DNA of 61,215 bases, the filler included, from Squatina squatina (lineage: Eukaryota): NCBI GenBank assembly GCA_031763465.1. It is 3 parts of 3 records of this genome, joined end to end, with 100 filler letters (N's around TTAATTAATTAA, not from the genome) between each part and the next. Parts side by side here need not be neighbours in the genome. Positions count along the whole stretch, not along the records: positions 19,360 to 48,532 come from JARFOE010000008.1; 2 more parts are not named here. One strand, 5' to 3'. Each line of letters opens with the position of its first letter. Position 1 is the stretch's first letter. Both the position numbers and the translations under genes were made by a program. The notes beneath the pieces are model-generated. The model was not told the origin of the DNA. It ran no database searches and saw only the letters and a list, made by a program, of their open reading frames with translations. Positions 24,720 to 37,850 of the stretch are shown here, piece by piece.

Positions 24720-26250
24720 CAGGACAAAGTCTCTGTTTGTATTACCCGAGCCCTGTTTCAGTTATTACAGCACGAGACCGTGTCTCTGTTTGTTTTACAC
24801 TCGGTCCTGTCTCATTTATTACTGCACTAGACCATGCCGCTGTTTGTATTACAACAGGCCCTGTCTCAGTTAATACTGCACTATGCCGTGTCTCTGCTTG
24901 TACTGCACTAGCCCCACTTCATTTATTACTGCACTAGACGCTGTCTCTGTTCGTATTACAATAGGCCCCGTCTCAGTTATTACTGAACAGACTCTGTCTC
25001 TGTTTCTCTTGCATGAAGCCCTGTTTCAATTATTACTGCACCATACCCTGTCTCTGTGTTGCACTACGTCCTGTCTCAGTTATTACTGCACTAGAGCCTG
25101 TCTATGTTTGTATTACACCACGCACTGTCTCAGTTATTACGCTATTAGATCATGTCTTTTTGTGTTACACTAGGTCCTGTTTCTCTTTTATATTACGCTG
25201 GACCTGTCTCATTAATTAATGCATAGAACACTTTTTTTAAATTACGCTGAAGCTGTCTCATTTAGTACTGCATTCGACCATCTTCTTTTTCGTATTAATC
25301 TCGGCTCTACCGCTGTTTGTATAATACTCGGCCCCATCTGAGTCACTGCTGCAGTAGGCCGTTTTTATATATTATATTTAGCCTGTTTAAATTGTCTTTT
25401 CACAAACCATTTCTCTGTTTATATTACACTAGGCCATGTCTGTTATCAATCCACAACCATGTCTCTGTTTACATTACACTGGATCCTATCTCAGTTATTA
25501 TCACAATAGACCTTGCCTCTGTTCCTATTGCATCGTTCTACAGCACATTTAAATACATCTGCAGTCAGACAGAGAATTTAAAGAGAGTGACATTCATCAA
25601 AGTGACTGCAGCTCGGTGGCTCCGACCTCCCTTCATATATAGCAGCGGTTTGTGACTCAAATCGCCTCTGCTCAGTCCTGAGCTCCTCACCGACAATGTA
25701 ACAGATTTTTGTGGCTNNNNNNNNNNNNNNNNNNNNNNNNNNNNNNNNNNNNNNNNNNNNNNNNNNNNNNNNNNNNNNNNNNNNNNNNNNNNNNNNNNNN
25801 NNNNNNNNNNNNNNNNACTGGACCCTGTCTCTATTATTACTACATTAGACCATGTATATATTTATATTATACTAGACCATGTCTCTATAAATATTATATT
25901 GGATGCTGCCACTGTTTATATTATACTGGACCCTGTCTCTGTTTATATTACAGTTGACCATGTCTCTGTTGGTATTACACGAGACTCTGTCTCAGTTATT
26001 ACTGCACTAGACCCTGTCTCTGTTTATATTATACTAGATCCTGTCTCTGTTTATATTACACTGGGATCTGTCTCAGTTATTACTGCACTAAACCATGTCT
26101 CTGTTTATATTACACTAGACCCTGTCTTAATTATTACTGCACTAGATCGTGTCTCTATTTATATTACACTGGGACCTGTCTCTGTTATTGCTGCACTAGA
26201 CATTGTCTCTATTTATATTACACTAGACCCTGTCTCTGTTTATATCACAT
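24720..26250. repeat. 27-bp degenerate minisatellite (CCCTGTCTCTGTTTATATTACACTAGA and CCCTGTCTCAGTTATTACTGCACTAGA variants)
   Basis: Tandem copies at 24720-25530 and 25817-26250; inverted copies at 26315-26392 and 26610-26660. Confidence 0.88.
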
Positions 26251-26392
26251 ACAGTGTGGAGAATGGGTTCTGCCCATTACAAACATGCTAATGTGGTAAG
26301 AGTTGAGATGAGCCTTGTGTAATATCAACAGAGACAGTGTCTAGTATAATATCAACAGAGACAGGATCTACTGTAATATGAACAGAGACAGG

Positions 26393-26440
26393 TAGGGTGA
26401 CCAGATGTCCCGGTTTTGTCAGGACAGTCCCAGTTTTTGA
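26393..26440 (+). mobile_element. Terminus resembling hAT-Blackjack (MER94-like) DNA transposons
   Basis: TAGGGTGACCAGATGTCCCGGTTTTGTCAGGACAGTCCC; no partner terminus found. Confidence 0.5.
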
Positions 26441-26469
26441 GCATGTGTGCCGACACTTACCTCAAAAAC

Positions 26470-26740
26470 ATATTGCGCATGCGCGGCTCCAGCAAATAGC
26501 AGCCTGCGCATGTGTAATTTGGGCAGATAGTGGCCTGCACATGTGCAGTTCCGGTGAGGAACAGACTGCGCATGTGCAGTTCCGATGAAGATTGGACTGC
26601 GCATGCCCCGAGTGTAATATAAACAGAGAAAGGGTCTTGTGTAATATAAGAAGGCCCAGGTTGATGGCCGCCATCTTTGTAAAGGAAAGGTGGACGTTTT
26701 TGCGCCACCATCTTGATTCATTGAGCGCATGCGCGAACCA
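26470..26740. promoter_or_regulatory. Cluster of NRF1-like and YY1-like motifs
   Basis: About six (T)GCGCATG(C/T)GC-type motifs plus GCCGCCATCTTT and GCCACCATCTTG. Confidence 0.45.
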
Positions 26741-26922
26741 TCCTTGTAAAGGAACCGCTAGAGGGTGGAGCTTCAGGATTGCAGTGAGCGTAGAACTGAA
26801 CCAGCCAGAGTCAGCACCTTCANNNNNNNNNNNNNNNNNNNNNNNNNNNNNNNNNNNNNNNNNNNNNNNNNNNNNNNNNNNNNNNNNNNNNNNNNNNNNN
26901 NNNNNNNNNNNNNNNNNNNNNN

Positions 26923-27095
26923 CCTCAGTACCGCCCCTCCGACAATGCGGCGCTCCCTCAGTACCGCCCCTCTGACAGTACTGCTCTCCCTCAGTACCGC
27001 CCCTCCGACAATGTGGCGCTCACTCAGTACCGCCCCTCCGACAGTGCGGCACTCCCTCAGTACTGCCCCTCTGACAGTACTGCTCTTCCTCAGTA
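26923..27095. repeat. 33-bp minisatellite (CTCAGTACCGCCCCTCCGACAGTGCGGCGCTCC), ~5 copies, probably SINE-derived
   Basis: Direct tandem copies; unit resembles a segment of the Deu-type SINE (compare 44420-44530 and 60301-60335). Confidence 0.88.
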
Positions 27096-27304
27096 CATGA
27101 GTACACAGCGTGTCACACTGGTGCACAGTGTTGTCCACCCCGTGTTTTGCATTGTGCACCAGCGCATTAGCAGGTGTATTGATGTCCTAACGTTGAGCAC
27201 TCTTTCTCTTTACGGGGAGCACCAGAGTCACTGGATGGGAAACAGGGAGCTGAGGGGTGGGATGTGGAACCGATCCTCACACACCCACCAGAGGTGCCGT
27301 CTAA

Positions 27305-27798
<494 letters not shown>

Positions 27799-28675
27799 NN
27801 NNNNNNNNNNNNNNNNNNNNNNNNNNNNNNNNNNNNNNNNNNNNNNNNNNNNNNNNNNNNNNNNNNNNNNNNNNNNNNNNNNNNNNNNNNNNNNNNNNAA
27901 AAACTCACCGAAAGAAGATAACACGAACCCATCAGCTTCTCCTCTGGACATAGATGCTGAGCGACAGAGAGTGTCCGGGAATGACATTTCTCACTCAATA
28001 AGGTATAACTTGTTCCTGTACCTCCCCCCATTAATCCTGGCCTGCACACTGGTCGAATCCTGCTCCTGTTTCCCTCCCAGTAACCGCACTGAGCTAAACC
28101 CAGCCCATAATGAGCAGGACTCAAAGACATTGGTCGCTGGGCACCGCAGTTATGTCATAAAGCAGGGCCATTCAGCCCAGCTGGTCCTCTCCTTGTCCCT
28201 TTTAAAGATGGAGAGCTGGGACATCCTGTCTCAAAACACATCCCACCTGTTCATACTGAGAATCCCAGGGGGAGGGCCCAGGGCCAGAGTGAGGAACAAC
28301 GAAAGGGGAAAAGAGGGAAGGGGGGAAATCAAGGAATCAGGACTGAGGGTGTAAGAAACCCCCCCTTATTCTGGGGATTGAGGGGGTGTTTCTGCAGGTG
28401 TCTCAATAGATTTATATGTGGTAGGCAAACTTGACCACACAGTGTTATGGTTAAGTGGTTTTTATTGTTTCTAACACTAATACAATGTTGTTGAGATTAT
28501 AGGTTGTCACAGAATATTGCTAAATTAATACACACTTTTACAGATNNNNNNNNNNNNNNNNNNNNNNNNNNNNNNNNNNNNNNNNNNNNNNNNNNNNNNN
28601 NNNNNNNNNNNNNNNNNNNNNNNNNNNNNNNNNNNNNNNNNNNNNTTTTGGTCATCTGCTCTAATATCTCCTAAT

Positions 28676-28963
28676 GTGGCTCAGTGGGTAGCACACTTGC
28701 CTCTGATGTCTGAAGGTCATAGGTTCAAGTCCCACCCTAGGGACTTCAGCATATAAAATCAAGGCTGACAGTGTAGCCCTATTGGAGATGCTATCTTTTG
28801 GATGAGGCATTAAACTGAGGCCTGGTGGACGTAAAAGATCCCGTGGCACTATTTCGAAGGAGAGGAAGGGAGGTATCCTCGCCAATATTTTGTTTTGTGA
28901 AGCGCCTTGGGAGGTTTTACTACATTAAAGGCACTAGATAAATACAAGTTGTTGTTGTTGTTG
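28676..28963 (+). mobile_element. tRNA-derived Deu-domain SINE (SacSINE1-like) with L2-type tail
   Basis: A box TGGCTCAGTGG, B box GGTTCAAGTCC, core TCTTTTGGATGAG...GGACGTAAAAGATCCC, tail GTGAAGCGCCTTGGG...ATAAATACAAG(TTG)n. Confidence 0.8.
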
Positions 28964-29518
28964 TTTCGGTGCTGTGACGGGGTGCTTGGAGTGATTAAAA
29001 GTTGTGGGAAAAATGGGCACAGATTTTGGAGGTGACAACATGTTCAAGGACTTTGGAGAGTTAAGGGAGGTTGGAGATGGACAATATCCTATCACAATAT
29101 TTGGAAAGCACCATTCTGATTGGCTGAAGTGATAGAAATGGAGCCATAGCTACTTAAAAGCCAATAACGTGTGACGGTGTGAACCAATTTCAAAAGCTCA
29201 TTGGTAATGTGAAGTTCTCTATTCTTGACCAGGCAGTGATTTGTGTCTCTTTCATTTCAGGTACCAGTGCCCTTGATAGTGCCACACAGCCAGCTAGGCA
29301 AAACTATCCCAGTCCAGGCCGAGATGTTACCATCTGCAGATCTGCTCGCGGTCGCTCACCACAGCCATCGGAATTGACCTCAATGGGAGCTCGGTGACCT
29401 TCTACCTGCTAATCTGTANNNNNNNNNNNNNNNNNNNNNNNNNNNNNNNNNNNNNNNNNNNNNNNNNNNNNNNNNNNNNNNNNNNNNNNNNNNNNNNNNN
29501 NNNNNNNNNNNNNNNNNN

Positions 29519-30180
29519 CTGACCAGTCACCATTTCCCCTTCATTTACAGACACTCCCTGACCAGTCACCATTTCTCCTTCATTTGCAGACACTCCCGGA
29601 CCAGTCACCATTTCCCCTTCATTTACAGACATTCTCTGACCAGTCACCATTTCCCCTTCATTTACAGACACTCCCTGACCAGTCACGATTTCCCCTTCAT
29701 TTACAGACACTCCCTGACCAGTCCCCATTTCCCCTTCATTTGCAGATATTCCCTGACCAGTCACCATTTCCCCTTCATGAACAGACACTCCCTGACCAGT
29801 CACCATTTCCCCTTCATTTCCAGACTCTCTCTGACCAGTCACCATTTCCCCTTCATTTACAGACGCTCCCTGACCAGTCACCATTTCCACTTCATTTGCA
29901 GACACTCCCGGACCAGTCACCATTTCCCCTTCATTTACAGACATTCTCTGGCCAGTCACCATTTCCCCTTCATTTACAGACACTCCCTGACCAGTCACGA
30001 TTTCCCCTTCATTTACAGACACTCCCGGACCAGTCACCATTTCCCCTTCATTTACAGACACTCCCTGACCAGTCACCATTTCTCCTTCATTTACCGACAC
30101 TCCCTGACCAGTCACCATTTCCCCTTCATTTACAGACACTCCCTGACCAGTCACCATTTCTCCTTCATTTGCAGACACTC
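29519..30180. repeat. 39-bp minisatellite (CTGACCAGTCACCATTTCCCCTTCATTTACAGACACTCC), ~17 copies
   Basis: Highly homogeneous tandem array filling the whole contig. Confidence 0.96.
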
Positions 30181-30280
30181 NNNNNNNNNNNNNNNNNNNN
30201 NNNNNNNNNNNNNNNNNNNNNNNNNNNNNNNNNNNNNNNNNNNNNNNNNNNNNNNNNNNNNNNNNNNNNNNNNNNNNNNN

Positions 30281-31140
30281 GTGCTTTTCCAGTCACACTG
30301 ATGTTTGAAATCTTTTCCCACAGACAGAACAGACAAACGTTTCTCCTTCTACATTCAGAGATCGATGATATTCAGGTCCTGATGAATGGAGTGACTCTGT
30401 CAGATCTTGATATGATGTTTGGTTTGAGTTTTCCATTTGTATACTTTCCCCTTCTAATATCTTGTAAAAGGAGTGTATAAAAGTAATCTCTAAGTAGAGG
30501 ATAGAAATTCAGGACAGGCAATTCTAGTTTCTAAAAGAACATAAGAATTAGGAGCAGGAGTAAGCTACATGGCCCTTCGAGCCTGTTCCACCATTCAATA
30601 AGATAATGGCTGATCTTCGATCTCAACTTCACTATCTGTGGAACATTTCTTTCCTCCACTCCGAGTTTTCTCCCTTCCTCTTCTCTGCTCAGGTTCAGTT
30701 CTTCCCCCGCTGTGTGCAGAGTGAGAATAAAATCAATGAGCTGAGGATTTTCTCTCCTGGTCCCTGGGTCTTTTGTGATGGACCAATAGGGTGACCCTGG
30801 GCTGTCCCAGGGTCACCAGACAAGCATCAGTATAACAAGGCTCCCTTTCAGGGGCCACCAACATGTGGACCAATCAAACTGACAGAGACCCTGAAGCCCC
30901 GCCCACTTTGTTCCTGCCCAAAATACTGCGCATGTGCCGTGAACCCCGCCCTGTCCAAGATGGCGGCCAGTAACCCCGCTGACCCCGGCGTTCACTGACC
31001 AGGCCTGTAACTAGGAGGCAAAAACGGGGCCTGTGGGTTCTTATTCAGGGCCTCAGGCCTACACTGTGTGTTTATAAACCCACCCGCGGGTCCAATCTGT
31101 CCCTTGAGCCCACAATTGCCTCCCGGCTGCTGGCCCGCCT
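30281..31140 (-). other. Second copy of the ZNF 5' cassette (first degenerate finger, intron, promoter module) with a CR1 tail inserted at about 30535-30635
   Basis: Colinear similarity to 22160-22960, e.g. GTGCTTTTCCAGTCACACTGATGTTTGAAATC, CAGAGTGAGAATAAAA, CCCTGAAGCCCCGCCC, CAAGATGGCGGC, CCACCCGCGGGTCCAATC. Confidence 0.85.
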
Positions 31141-31278
31141 CTCATTAAACTGACTGGCCTGTATTTGCCCAGGTTATCNNNNNNNNNNNNNNNNNNNNNN
31201 NNNNNNNNNNNNNNNNNNNNNNNNNNNNNNNNNNNNNNNNNNNNNNNNNNNNNNNNNNNNNNNNNNNNNNNNNNNNNN

Positions 31279-31880
31279 AACCTGGAGAAACACAAGGACA
31301 CCCGCACCACGGAGAACCCGTGGAAATGTGGGAAGAGATTCAATTACCCGTCCCAGCTGGAAACACATCGACACAGTCACACTGGGCAGGGGCCATTCGC
31401 CTGCCCTGAGTATGGGACGAGATTCACTTTGTCGTCCAGCCTCCAGTTACACCAGCGAGTTCACACTTCGGAGAGACCTTTTAAATGCTCTGACTGTGGG
31501 AACTGCTTTAAACTCTCTGCAGATTTAATTAAAGACCAGTTTGTTCACACTGACGAGAGACCGTTCAGTTGCACTCACTGCAAGAAGAGCTTTAGGCAGT
31601 CATCTCACCACATTCAACACCAGCGGGTTCACCCTGAGGAGAGGTCGTTCACCTGCTCTGTGTGTGGGAAGGGATTTCCTTCTGCATCCAATCTTCGGAC
31701 ACACTGGCAAGAGGATATTCACCTGCGCTGTGATTAGGAACAGATTTACTCAGTCGTTCAACCTGCTGAGACACCAACGAGTTCACACTGGGGAGAGGTC
31801 GTTCACCTGCACTATCTGTGGGAAGTCGATCATCTCACCTGCTGATACACCAGCAAGTTCACAAGTGACTCTAGGGGTTT
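31279..31880 (+). pseudogene. C2H2 zinc-finger pseudogene fragment
   Basis: [32 protein letters not shown]; several fingers lack Cys or His and there are frameshifts after about 31705. Confidence 0.85.
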
Positions 31881-32200
31881 GAGTCTGGCATTAATCACAT
31901 CCCACATCCTTTGATTGTGCTGATGTTAATAACCCCTATAAGAGGGCTGGAGTTTAGGTTTCTGGATATCTGTCCAACCAGTTTTGGTGCAAACACAAAC
32001 TGTGTTGTGTTCTTTATTTCTGTAAGATAGGCAGAGAGTAATTGAAGTCCTGTTACCGATGTTGCCATTTTTGGACTTTTTCTCCTTTCTTTAGATTATT
32101 NNNNNNNNNNNNNNNNNNNNNNNNNNNNNNNNNNNNNNNNNNNNNNNNNNNNNNNNNNNNNNNNNNNNNNNNNNNNNNNNNNNNNNNNNNNNNNNNNNNN

Positions 32201-32610
32201 TTTTGGGCTAGGTTAATGGTAATAGTAAAGGGGATTAGGTGGTGGTCAGTCCAACAGTCGTTGGCTCCGGTCATGGCGCGGGTGATGCGGACATCCTTGC
32301 GGTCCCTCGCTTGAATGAGGACGTTGTCCAGGAGGTGCCAATGCCTGGAGCGAGGGTGTTGCCATGAGGTCTTGTACTTGTCTCTCTGACGAAACAGTGT
32401 TGATTATGACAAGATCATGTTCCAAGCATTTTGTCAGGACGTGGATGCCGTTGGAGTTAGTTTTTCCTTCTTCCCTGTCAATCACGCCTTTCCAGAGGTT
32501 TGCGTCCTTCCCGACTCCGGCATTGTGATCGCCAAGGAGGATCAGCTGGTCTCCCTTTGGGACACAGGGCTGGGATTGCTCAAGGCTGGAGGAGAATTCC
32601 TCTGATCTTC
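32201..32610 (-). mobile_element. RTE-clade LINE endonuclease fragment
   Basis: LILLGDHNAGVG, GKTNSNG, TSWQHPRSRHWHLLD, DCWTDHHLI. Confidence 0.8.
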
Positions 32611-32659
32611 TTCTGCACACAATACCTGGCTACTTATTGCATTATGAATTCCTAGGTTA

Positions 32660-33096
32660 TCATTTAGAAGATTGAGACCATCTGATCAGCTGCCTCTGTA
32701 ACTTCCCTTACTTACCCCAGCCCACCGGGCCAAACTTCCTCGAAGGATCCCCCTGCCCTCACATATTTCTTCAGTTTCTCTCCAATCTCCCCTCTCCACG
32801 CACACCTTGTCCATGAGACCCACTTCCTGCTCCCTTTATCCGATTCCAGCCAAACTGCTGACTGCCCAACTTCCTTTTCTGGCTCCCATGTTAGCTGACA
32901 TTGTTAATGCTCTCTTCAGGTACTGTCCCCCTCTCCCTCAAATCTGCCATCATCACCCCTCTCCTCAAAACAAACCCCGGACCCCTCCATCCTTGTAAAC
33001 TACCGCCCCATCTCCAATCTCCCTTTCCTCTCTGAAGCCCTTGAACGTGTGGTCAGCTCCCAAATCATTGCCCAGCTTTCCTGCGATTCCATGTTG
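32660..33096 (+). mobile_element. L2-clade LINE ORF2 fragment
   Basis: SMRPTSCSLYPIPAKLLTAQLPFLAPMLADIVN, NYRPISNLPFLS; similar to 930-1315. Confidence 0.8.
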
Positions 33097-34302
33097 NNNN
33101 NNNNNNNNNNNNNNNNNNNNNNNNNNNNNNNNNNNNNNNNNNNNNNNNNNNNNNNNNNNNNNNNNNNNNNNNNNNNNNNNNNNNNNNNNNNNNNNNACCC
33201 AGTCTGTTAATCACTTTCAGCTTCAGGGCTTACCGTGTGCCCCACAGCATCTCTCTCACCTTCGATGTCTGAATAGAGCATCATGCCTGCAAACCTGATT
33301 CGCAATTTAAATGCACTCCGCAAATGTATTGAACAAAAGATGAACAAGTGAACAGATCATGGCCCAATCCTCCAGCTCTATAGTGTGGACCAGTGAGACT
33401 CTGTTAAGGTGCCAGTGTGCTGCTGGACTGCTCTGCATTTTGCCTGAGTCAAAACTGACAGAAAATTTGTCCCAGTGCAACCTTTGCTGTTATAAACTGT
33501 GTGTGTACTTTAATGAGCCTTATGTCTTTGCTCATGTCTGCTGCAATTGTGCAGAAAGCGGATGTGTAAAGAGATGGTCTTTGTGTAGAGATGTGAAACA
33601 AGGAAACGGTGTCTGTGTGATAGTAGCATAGCCTTGTGGACACAGTCAGAACGATGCACAGATATCCTTGTGCTTATGGTTTGAGCAGGGTCAGGTCACG
33701 AATGTAGTAAATAAGTTAAATATAAATATCGCCAGTGTAGCCACAGCTTGTTAGGACAGACCTGGAGAGAAGAGAGCTCTGAATCCACTGTATTATCTCT
33801 GCTGTCCGGATCAGGTAACTATTCACTGTCTGTATTTTCTAGTGCTGTTAATAAAGTCAGTGAAAGACAATCTGTTGTTGTGAGCCTGATTGTCTGGTGG
33901 CTGAAACCACAAGAATCAATATTTAGAGTCAACAGAAAGAACAAGTAAACACATCACAGCCCAATACTCCAGCTCTATATTTACAGGAGAAAGTCTGTAT
34001 TCTAACTTCGAGTGGACAGAATAAAGAAAGATCCCAACGCTAAGAGCCCGTCAAAGCATTTGTCAATATATATAAAATCCTGCCCGATATGAATTGTCAG
34101 TGTATGATCCATTGAAGTCAATGGAAGACGAGAGAAGAGCTGGAGAGCAGGGATGAAAGAGGAGTAGGGGTGAGGGGGTTTGGAGAGAAGGAGTGAAAGA
34201 GGNNNNNNNNNNNNNNNNNNNNNNNNNNNNNNNNNNNNNNNNNNNNNNNNNNNNNNNNNNNNNNNNNNNNNNNNNNNNNNNNNNNNNNNNNNNNNNNNNN
34301 NN

Positions 34303-34545
34303 TAGAGAATTTGGGGAAATGATCACCAATGCATCCACTATGTCTGGGGCTACTTCCTTAAGCACTCTGGGGTGCAGACCATCAGGCCCTGGGTATTTAT
34401 CTGCCTTCAATGCCATCAATTTACCTAACACCATCTCCTGACTAATGAGGATTTCCTTCAGTTCCTCCCTCTCTCCATACCCTTGGTCTACTAATATTTC
34501 CGGGAGATTATCTTTGTCTTCCTTAGTGAAGACAGAACCAAAGCA
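34303..34545 (-). mobile_element. CR1 LINE ORF2 fragment
   Basis: LKADKYPGPDGLHPRVLKEVAPDIVDALVII. Confidence 0.9.
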
Positions 34546-35284
34546 GTTAATTGTCTTTCAGTTTATTGCAATAATTCTTTAATATGATCCAGATTGAGCT
34601 GGCTTTCTTTTCCATTGTTCAATTTAATTTATTTTTTAATCTTTTCATCAAGATCCAGTTTACATCCAGACAACGCTGATGAGCCCGCTAAACAGAGAAA
34701 TATTAAGATTTATAGATGGTTTTTCTGTTTTTATTGAAAATCTAAACTTTTCAAATAGCCCCACGTCTCATAAAGATGAAAGCAGCAATTTATGGTATCT
34801 GGAGAATTGGGAGGAGGCGGTGGGTGGGAGTTCGCCATTGTTTTGTATCGTGATAGCGTAATCGGTGTGCCCCACCAAATGTCTTGAATTGCAAATTGTA
34901 CGAAGGGATTCAAACATTCTTTGTTCACACATGTTATGCTCCATTTGNNNNNNNNNNNNNNNNNNNNNNNNNNNNNNNNNNNNNNNNNNNNNNNNNNNNN
35001 NNNNNNNNNNNNNNNNNNNNNNNNNNNNNNNNNNNNNNNNNNNNNNNTAGTGATGCTGACGGGCATGGGCACCGAAGAAGGGCAGGCTGCTGAAGTGCCA
35101 TTACACTGTTGGGCCCCCGTCTCCCATGATGGACTCAGTTGCGATGGCAGCAGTCAGTGCTTGCATGGCATCCAGCTAAGACTGCCAGAGAACAGAATCC
35201 TCACGGAGGCCAGCTAGCACTTCCCGCCTGGCATTAGCAACTCCTGCAGCACCTCATTCTAAGTCTGCCTGAGAACAGCCTCAG

Positions 35285-35974
35285 CATGGGTGAGTCGGCG
35301 GACCTGCGAGGGACCGGGAGCAACTGCCGAGGAGGGTATAAGAGCGGGGTGCGCAGCGAGAGGCCGAGAGTCGGCGGCAGTGGCGAGCGGAGGTGGCGGA
35401 CCTGCGAGAGGGGGGGAACGGCGGCTGAGGAGGGTAAAAGAGCGGGGAGCACAGCGATAGGCCGACGGTCAGTGGGAGCAGCGAGCAGAGGTGGCAGACC
35501 TGAGAGAGAGCTATCCCTCTACTGAGACCAGCAGCAGAGTTCGAGTTGACGTCGCAATACAAAAAATGACGTGACGCAGGGGAGGCAGTTGATTGGTAAG
35601 TAGGATCAGGTGAGTATTTCTACTACTTCTACAGTTCAGTAGTTAAAGTAAAAATAAAGATAAGGACTTTAGTTTGTAGTGAGTCATGTTTAGAGTGAAA
35701 TAAGATCTCTAGCGTAAATAATATTCCTTAATTTAGAGTAATTTAAGGGACTAATTTAAGGGAAAGTCATGGCAGGACAGTTTGGTCACGTGAAGTGCTC
35801 CTCCTGCGCAGTGTGGGAAGTCAGGGACACTTCCAGTGTCCAGGGCGAACACATGTGCAGGAAGTGTCTCCAGCTGCAGCTGCTGGAAATCCGCATTTCA
35901 GAATGAGAGCTGTGGCTGGGGACACTGTGGAGCATCTGCAAGTCTGAGATCATCGTGGATAATGAGGTGGTCTC
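35285..35974 (+). mobile_element. Probable CR1 LINE 5' UTR and ORF1 N-terminus
   Basis: From ATG 35769: MAGQFGHVKCSSCAVWEVRD...HMCRKCLQLQLLEIRISE*EL, a CxxC...CxxC plus leucine-rich pattern; preceded by a CpG-rich leader. Confidence 0.65.
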
Positions 35975-36704
35975 NNNNNNNNNNNNNNNNNNNNNNNNNN
36001 NNNNNNNNNNNNNNNNNNNNNNNNNNNNNNNNNNNNNNNNNNNNNNNNNNNNNNNNNNNNNNNNNNNNNNNNNNTTCTGACAGTTGCGGTTTGTTTCTGC
36101 TGATGTTAATAACCCCTGTAATTGGGCTGGAGTTTAACATTCTGGATATCTGTCAAATAAATCAGCTTTGTTTTCAACACATTGTAGATTTCTCGTCACT
36201 CTTCACTGACAGCAAAATTGCCATGTGAGTTAATCTTGAGGCATATAAGAAATGTGTCCCAGCCGCTCTCTTCCATGGTTCAGAGCTCCTAGGCATGGAA
36301 CAGAAGGCTCCTTTACAACTGTGTTTAGAGTCAGGAAGAACAACGGTGAATGCTGGAAACTTGCTGTTTGGTGCAGAACTGCGATCTGCTCCTGACTGAA
36401 AGTGAAACGGCAGGTTTAAGATTCCAGTCTAAAAATGACTGGTAATTATTCTATGAAGATTTAACGTGTTTATTCAAATAAATCAGCTTTTGTCAAACAT
36501 GCAGTGTGTGAAGTATTTCATTTCTCCAAGATAAGAGGCTAATTGATGTCCTGTTACCGACTGTTCTATTTTTGGTCCTTTTCTCCTTTCTAACTCTCCT
36601 GGACNNNNNNNNNNNNNNNNNNNNNNNNNNNNNNNNNNNNNNNNNNNNNNNNNNNNNNNNNNNNNNNNNNNNNNNNNNNNNNNNNNNNNNNNNNNNNNNN
36701 NNNN

Positions 36705-37250
36705 TTCAGCACCGATTAAACCCCCCTCCCTGACTATTATCTCAGGCTGAACCAGACTATTTGCAATCTCGGCATTCCATTTGACCCCAAATTGAGCTTC
36801 CAACACCATATACTCTCTATCACAAAGATTGCCTGCTTCCACCTATGTAACATCACCTGCATCCACCCTGCTTCAGTCCATCTGCTGCTGAAACTCTCAT
36901 CCATGCTTTTGCCACTGCTAGACTCAGCTATTCTAATGTTGTCCTGGTTGGTCCATCCTTCACCCATCATTAACTTTAACTCATCCTAAATGCTGCTGCC
37001 TGCATTCTATGAGCACCAAGTCTCATTCACTCATCACCCCTGACCTACATTGGCTCCTAATTCCCTAATGCATCCAATTAAAAATTCTTATCCTCATGTC
37101 AAAATACCTTCAGGATCTAAACTATCACCCTTTCCCTCCTCAAATTCTGTGTTCCTCTAAATCTGCCCTTTTGTGCACCTCCTCCCTTCACTCCACTATT
37201 GACAACCGTGCCTTCAGCTGCCTAGGCCCCACACTCTGGAATTACCTCCC
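36705..37250 (+). mobile_element. L2-clade LINE 3' fragment
   Basis: Decayed RLNQTICNLG, AAETLIHAF, DLHWL, RAFSCLGPTLWN. Confidence 0.78.
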
Positions 37251-37625
37251 ACAAGACGGGCAATGTTATGGAGGTGGAAATAGGTGGTTTTAGTTATGCC
37301 GCAGATTTGTGGTCAGGAGCTCATTTCAGTGTCAAATATGACGCCAAATAGTCTGGTTCAGCTTCAGACAGATGCTAGGGAGAGGGATGGAGTCAGTGGC
37401 TAGGGACTGGAGTTTGTGGCGGGGTCCAAAGACAATTTCTGCTCATCCAATACTGGATGTCGGACAAGCAGTTTGACAATTTAGACACCGTGGAGGGGTC
37501 GACAGAAGTGGTGGTGAGGTAGAGCTGAGTGTCGTCAGCGTACACTAGGAAACTGACGTTGTGTTTTCAGATAATGTCGCCAAGGGGCAGCACATAGATG
37601 AGAAATAGGAGGAGGCCAAGGATAA
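37251..37625 (-). mobile_element. L2-clade LINE RT fragment
   Basis: Minus strand reads VYADDTQLYL near 37515-37545 and LGLLLFLI. Confidence 0.82.
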
Positions 37626-37850
37626 AAATGGCATATAGTGAATCATTTTAAGCAGATATTGCATGTGAAAGGAAGTGCAGAGCTATCTTAAGCCATTCTT
37701 TAATTCAAATCAGATGCTTCAGCTCGCCTGCTGCTGAAACCCTCATCCATNNNNNNNNNNNNNNNNNNNNNNNNNNNNNNNNNNNNNNNNNNNNNNNNNN
37801 NNNNNNNNNNNNNNNNNNNNNNNNNNNNNNNNNNNNNNNNNNNNNNNNNN

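Noticed and set aside
28676-28745. tRNA gene
   Set aside because: The A and B boxes belong to a SINE head followed by SINE body and tail; no proper cloverleaf
29402-30480. Long ORFs on both strands
   Set aside because: 39-bp tandem repeat read through gaps
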